From NCBI GenBank assembly GCA_013239625.1, contig MU053136.1:204017-268016 (forward strand): a DNA stretch of 64,000 nt. Reading direction: 5' to 3'. Shown one piece after another: positions 44,111 through 64,000 of this stretch. The notes beneath the pieces are model-generated. The model was not told the origin of the DNA. It did not search any database and was given only the letters and a program-made list of their open reading frames with translations. This DNA comes from Lama guanicoe. Lineage: Eukaryota. The position numbers were made by a program, and so were the translations under genes. Each line of letters starts with the position of its first letter. Position 1 is the first letter of the stretch.

Positions 44111-44999
44111 GATGTAAACTGCCCAAATCTGCATCACTTTTACTTATTTTATATATTGGGTCTATGTAAGTATCTCAAGAATGAAGGATCAAGAAATGAC
44201 TTGATTTAGTCCAGAGAAGGGAGATTTATCCCTTGTGAGAAGGGAGAAAGGAAAGGATCTGTGTAGACTGAGGTGTGTGGGGGGGGGGCATGAAGAATTC
44301 CATGCTCAGTCACCTTAATTTCCCTTTTAAAGCAGACAAAGTTGTTGCCTGAGAGGAGGGTGAGAAGGGATGTTGAGGCGTGAGGGTTTTGCCAGTTGCT
44401 CTGGGTGGTGGGAGAAGAGCAGGAACACACAGAAGGAACTGTGCCAGCACAGAAGATCCAGTTAGCTCTGTGGCTCTTTGTTTTTAATTGCCCCGATGTT
44501 TTGGTTGTGAGGTTTTCTCCACACATCTCAGAAGCTTTGAGTAGAGAAGGCAGGCAGGGCTGTGCTCTAAAATGGAGGTTAGAAGGGTGATTGTGGTGAA
44601 TGATCTTGGGACAAGAGAACTGAGCTCTTGGCAAGGGAGGGACGGAGCTGCACTAGAGAGGGATGGGACTAATGCTGGGACTGAGGATGGTCTGGGGGAA
44701 AAAAATGAAGAGAACAGGATACCATTTTTTGTTAAAAATTACAAACAGCTTGGATAGATGTCCACCAATAGTAGAATGGTTGAATAAATTACAGGATAAG
44801 TTTATGAAAGATTATATATTTTAATGAGGTAAATGTGTATTTTGACATAAAAAGATTTCTAGGATATATTGTCAAGTGGGGGAAAAAAAAAACCCTGCGT
44901 GGAAATATGTAGAAAAACACCCAGAAGGGCATATACCACATTGTCATAACACCATTACATGCAGGGAAGGGAGTGAGACTGGGGGAGGGTAAAGATTTA

Positions 45000-47317
45000 C
45001 GACACCTTGGAGTCATCATTGAATTTATTTTATTTTAAAGGTATCTATGTACATCAAGTAAATACACACTGGGGTTTGTGCGGTTTGGTCTGTCTTCCAC
45101 ACTGGCATGCAATATTTTGGCAGATGTGAGTGGGCAGGCCAAGTGTCCCTTGTGGTGACCCTGGCTCTCTGAAAGGAATGTGGTGGGGGTGGTGGTGGGG
45201 GGTAGGGAGGAGGAGAAGGATGGAGAGTGAAGCTTCTGGTGAAGGCTTTGTGTGTGTGTTGTTTCTTATTTATGTAAGTGAATTGTATTTCCCTTACGTC
45301 TTGCTGAAGAGAAGACTGCTCCCTCTGTCACCTCTCTCCTCCCCTGGCCTACACCTTCCCATTTTCTTATGTTTTAGAAGAATCATTTGGTGGCAAGATT
45401 ACAAAAAGCCCACTGGATTCTTGGGTGCCCTGCTGGCCAATACGAGCACAAGTCTGCAGGTGCGCAGCCATCTTCCTTCCTCTCCCCTTGGGTCTGGAGA
45501 CAGCGTGGCTTGGTCTACCCAACCCCTGCCCTCTTCGCTGTGAGTTGCGGGCCTGGGGGAGGGGAGCCAGATTGAATGGTTTTCAAACTACTCTAAAGAA
45601 CCCTCAGGGTCTTTTAGGGCTGTTCAAGGGCTCTTCAACTAGTGAAGCATCTTCCACCAAATAACAAAAATGCAGACTACCCAGGTCTGCATCACTTCTA
45701 GTTGTTTTTTATATCAGGGTTTTATATAAGACTGATTTTGAAAAATGTTTGAATAACACCACCTTGGATTTATTCCACATCCCTCTGGTTTTTTGTTTTG
45801 TTTTTTTTCTTTTTTGCCCTGCATTTCTCCTTAATTGCCAAAAGGGGCCCAACAGGTAAAGGGAGAAGGGACTTTTTCCCTTGAAGGAGTCACGGGCCAA
45901 CACAGCCTGTATTTACTGGCTGGCACTCACACTGAGCTTCCTTTCCTGACTTAGAAGCTGGGGGATGGGTTGCCCTGCTGCCCTGTACTTCCATCCCAGA
46001 CGAGACTGGCTCTCTGGACACCAGACTTTCTTTCTTGATTTGGACTGGCTTGTGACCTCCACTCTATCCCTGCAGTTACCTGGAAAGCCACCTTAGCACC
46101 ATGTGGTGGGAAAGGACTAGAAACCAAAACAACAGTCCTATCAATTATATGGGGAGGGGGGAGCCCCCCAGGTTAAGCCCTTGGGCTCCTCCACCTCTGG
46201 AAAATCTGCCCAGCCCCTTTCTTTAAAGTGCACTTAATGCCAGATGGGGACAATATAGAAGGAATTCTTTGTGGAAATAAATTTTTTAAATGTATATCAG
46301 GGAAAAGTCAGGCTCCAGGTTGAAAGGAAGGCATTTCGAGACAGGTATTTGGCCAATGAACTGGAAGCCCTCAAACCAAAAGGTGGAGATGGGAGGAGCA
46401 TGCAGCCCAATATGGGACAGAGAAAGGATCCAGCTCATCACTGTGGCAAAAAATACTTGGGAATTTTCCAGCCTGTTTACCCCCCAAAGCCAAAGAAGCA
46501 GCTGTTTTGCTGACACTTGGCTGTAAGTATCACCATGGACAGACAAGCTGGGAACGGTCTGCCCCTGTCATTTTTCAAAATATTTTCAGCAGCTCTTGGT
46601 TCTGGTCATGAGCTCTCAGGTAGAGAATATCAAAAGGAGTTTTGAGGAGGAAGGGAAGCGGTCCCTTGAGCAGTCCATGTTCTTGGTTGTCCAGGCGGAA
46701 CAGGAAAAGGGAGGCTAACGGCCGACTTGGGAGGGCAGAGGTGCACGCCCGGAATCCCTCCGTTCGGGTGAGGGGTGTCTGAAGAAAACTCTCTGTCTAA
46801 TTTAGCAGGCCTTCCATGTTACCCTCCCCTGTGCTAAATGTGGAAGAGGAGGGAGGAAGAGTCTATTTCTGTGTCTTCTTATGATGCTAAGACATTCTTC
46901 TGCTTAAGGCTTCGTGTACGTGCATGTGTGCGTGTGTACTTGTGTATGGGAAGGGTCACAGCCCTCTGGCTCCCGTTTTCCTTTTATCATCTCCGTGACT
47001 AACACCACTCAGTGTGAGAGACGCATATATGAGAGGAAGAAGAAACACTGCCCCTCCTCCCTATGGCCCCAAACGAGGAGGGGATACTATGCTTAGAAAT
47101 TGCTAAATACATCGTTAGATACTAGAGAGTAAGACAGAGAGAAGAGGGAGACATAGCAGCAGCTTTTGATATATAGATACAGAGTACAAAGAGGTACAGA
47201 GTAAGAGAAGACATCAAACATGGTACAGTCGAACAACAAGGGTTGGGGAGGGAGTTAGTATCAGAGACCACAGGTTTGCAGCATGCTGAGAGAAGAGGCC
47301 TCAGTCCCTCTTAGAAA
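45000..47317 (-). other. KIF5A: KIF5A last (3'UTR-only) exon 29; 3' end uncertain
   Basis: Pyrimidine-rich acceptor CCAG|TTTCTAAGAGGGACTGAGG at 47318/47317. Candidate AATAAA at 45774-45769 and tandem at 45034-45024. Confidence 0.65.
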
Positions 47318-48433
47318 CTGGAGAAGAAAGAGAAAGAGGTTGTGAGGAACCACCTTGCAGCCCAGCTACTGAACAGGAACAGGGTGGCTTCTGTAACAAC
47401 TTTGGTTTACAGTCCTGTTCCTTTGATACCAGCAACCAGACGCCACCCTCCCTGCCCCTGCTCCTCCACCCCCCATCCTCCCTAACTCTTCCTTCCCCAT
47501 TCCTCCTGCTTGCTTCTCAAGCCTTTCTGCCTGTGTGTGCCTGGCCTAGTTTTCTGGAAAACCCCTGGAGAGGGCTCGGCTTGGGTGCAGCCCAGTAGGA
47601 GACTGGCCAATATTCTCTTGTTTCTCATTCTCCAAGGATCCAAAGTGGACAGTAAAAGAGGATCCCAGTGCCTAGTTGTGGGCCCTGAACCAACCCTGGT
47701 GAGAAGTCTGGTGACACGTGAGAACCAGGAAGGTGCCTGTGTTGCTAGGAACGCAGTGGGCACAGGGGAGACGACCTGGGACAGAGGTGGAGAAGGGGGT
47801 GGTGCTTGGAGGTGGGGACACGGCTGTTTTCCACCTCCACTGGCAAGATGGGAGGGGTGCTGACACTGCGGCTAGAGGGACACAAGTGACTTCCTGGGGC
47901 ATTTCTTAAAGCTTACTGGTGACATATACAGATATGAGGAGTATAGGACACAGGTGTAGAAGTAAATCAAACGTCTCCTTTACTGGAGATGTTTTAGTTC
48001 AGAAAATGCCATCCATACAAAAAGTATCTTAGGATGGAGGCAGAGGGAGGGTTGAGAAGATTTCCCAAGGTCCCCTAATATCTAAAAGTCTGTGACCTGT
48101 GTGGGGGGCTAGAGATGGACACTGCCCTTGCACACTTCTTTTGACATGTTTCAGTGACCCCTAGTGGCAGAAAGTGGTACCGTGGTTACTACTAGGGCCG
48201 AGCACAAGGGGGGAGGGGAGGCCAGTGTCCAGGACGTGGGGCAGTTTTGATGAAGCCCCTGAGGGCAAAGCAGGAGTTAAGGGACAACTATAGAGTAAAA
48301 GTTTTGAGATGATTTTTAAAAAGCAGGAGAAACAAAGAAGCTGACGGCAAGAAAGGAGGCCGCCTGAGGGTGGTCAGAGGAAGCGGCCTGACACTACCTG
48401 AAAGTGCAGGTATGCAGCAGTCCACGTGGGGGA

Positions 48434-62302
<13,869 letters not shown>

Positions 62303-62852
62303 TTAGAATCGGCACCAGGAGCTGTGTCTGTAGCGGAGAGTGTCATTAAGGAGCATCACACAGTGGGACGGCGTGAGGGGATCTCAGGCTTGGTATGATG
62401 ATTCAGCACTCACCGTCCCAGACCCCCTCCCTAGAAACCAAATGGGAAAAGACAACAGGGCCACAGGCTGTGGAGAATGAAGAACAATTTGTTAACTTAA
62501 AAATCTACCACTAAGTTAAGAAATATCTTCCTTAATAGATCTATATGACTTGATATGGAAAGATCTTGAAGATGCATTAAATGAAAGATGCAAAGTTAGC
62601 GATAAATGACTAGTATATTGCTTATTGCATAAATGAAATATACAAATACTGAGCAACTGAGCTGTTGTGGGACTATTAACACAAGCTTTCTCTTTGTGAA
62701 AAGAACATATGGAGTTAGAAATACGGTTCTCCCTTTAGGGAATCAGCTTTAAGTAAAGAGACACTGTGAAGCATATCACCCAGACCTACAAGTTCTTTGT
62801 TTAATTCAGGTCATGTGTTATGAATCATGTGTGCTGATAAGAATGCTGAAGT

Positions 62853-63004
62853 GGGGGGAGGGTATAGCTCAGTGGTAGAGTGTGTGCTTAGCATGCATGA
62901 GGTCCTGGGTTCAATCCCCAGTAGCTCTGTTTAAGTAAATAAAGAAACCTAACCTCCTCCACCACCACCCCCAAAAAAAGTCAAAAAAAAAAGAAAAAGA
63001 AAAA
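62853..63004 (+). mobile_element. tRNA-Ala-derived camelid-type SINE (Vic-1-like)
   Basis: GGGGAGGGTATAGCTCAGTGGTAGAGTGTGTGCTTAGCATGCATGAGGTCCTGGGTTCAATCCCCAGTA, then AT-rich, C-rich and poly(A) tail. TSD AATGCT(G/A)AAG on both sides. Confidence 0.85.
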
Positions 63005-63299
63005 AATGCTAAAGATATAAAATATTTACAACTCAGGGAGACAAACAGAATATATTTGCTACCTAATCACATTAACGGGAAGATCTCTGGTGAGATTAAA
63101 TGAGGCTACGCTTGTTCTCCATCGTAGCAAGTTTCTCAGTCATGTTTTCCTGTCATTCGGTATAAAGAGACTATGACTTAGTTGTCAAATTGCTTTACTA
63201 CAGAGACCACCTTTATTCAACTGATATGTAAAACTCCAGGTCCATGGACACCAGAGTTTGGGACACACATTGTAAATAAGTAAGAAAAGTGAAAAAATT

Positions 63300-64000
63300 T
63301 GGTTAAAACTGGAGACGTGGCTCTAGGTACACCCACAGTACTGCAACAACATATGTGGAATCTTTTTGCAGAAGCAATCATACAAAAGCACTAACAGGGG
63401 TTATTTTGGGGAGAGAAACTGGGAGAGGAGGCTTTCATTTTTCATTTTGTATCCTGGAAGGTTTACATTTTTAAACCATGTACAAGTTGTATGTTTTATT
63501 TTTTTAATGCCAAAGAGAGTGAGACAATAGTGTATTATTCTGTTTCCTTCTTTTTACTTCTCTGCAAAAAGGATATAAATATTTTTTGTAATATTTAAAA
63601 GATTTTAAAAGTCTGGCTCCTGATAAAAATCTACCTGGAATATTTACCTGCTCTCCCTGTGGGGAAAGTCTCCAAAGCCCAAAAAACAGAAACCACAAAG
63701 AAAAAGCAAAGGTGAAGGTGCCCTCTACAATGAAGGGAGTGCTGTAAGCAGACAGAGCCTTTCCAGAGGACAACATTATTAAATATTTAAACGTCCATAC
63801 TGGTCGTTCCCTGTACCAGCGACCCCAAAGCTAGGCATTCATTTTACATCACTTGCTTAAGCACTGAAAGATATATGTAGAAGGATGTTCACTGCAGCAG
63901 TATGTATATTAAAGAAAAACTGGAAACAATTCACACCTCCATCACGAACATGCTGGCTATGATACCTCCATAATCTATCCCCATTAAAATGAGGAAGGTT
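63300..64000 (+). mobile_element. Degraded old L1 fragments in KIF5A intron 1
   Basis: AAGGATGTTCACTGCAGCAG...AAAACTGGAAACAA and similar L1M 3' motifs. Confidence 0.45.

Noticed and set aside
46527..46547. RE1/NRSE-like CACCATGGACAG in the KIF5A 3'UTR
   Set aside because: Only the core matches. The TCAGC left half and the 3' GCC are missing.
46914..46946. Imperfect (TG)n run
   Set aside because: Short, degenerate simple repeat.
62853..62925. Apparent tRNA-Ala genes here and at 57850-57915
   Set aside because: Followed by AT-rich and poly(A) tails and flanked by TSDs, with a degenerate acceptor stem. These are SINE heads.

Overview
Mammalian genomic DNA, probably camelid given the tRNA-Ala-derived Vic-1-type SINEs. 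It is syntenic with human 12q13.3. It holds B4GALNT1 on the + strand and five head-to-tail genes on the - strand: SLC26A10, ARHGEF25, DTX3, PIP4K2C and KIF5A (exons 2-29; exon 1 lies beyond the window). I traced all coding exons by hand using splice sites and phase. They give intact ORFs of 533 aa (B4GALNT1), 686 aa (SLC26A10), 580/619 aa (ARHGEF25), 347/350 aa (DTX3) and 421 aa (PIP4K2C), plus 2970 nt of KIF5A CDS. I see no wholly new gene system. Most worth a second look: (1) SLC26A10 is fully intact although it is a pseudogene in human, and it lacks the canonical anion-binding Ser/Arg; (2) the KIF5A exon-27-skip reading frame linked to human ALS is preserved at the same length and runs through canonical 3'UTR; (3) back-to-back poly(A) signals make B4GALNT1 and SLC26A10 overlap; (4) one DTX3 start codon is assembled across a splice junction; (5) several short introns are in-frame and stop-free, one with a GC donor. 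Comparisons to human, mouse and paralog proteins, and repeat family names, are from memory and need database confirmation.
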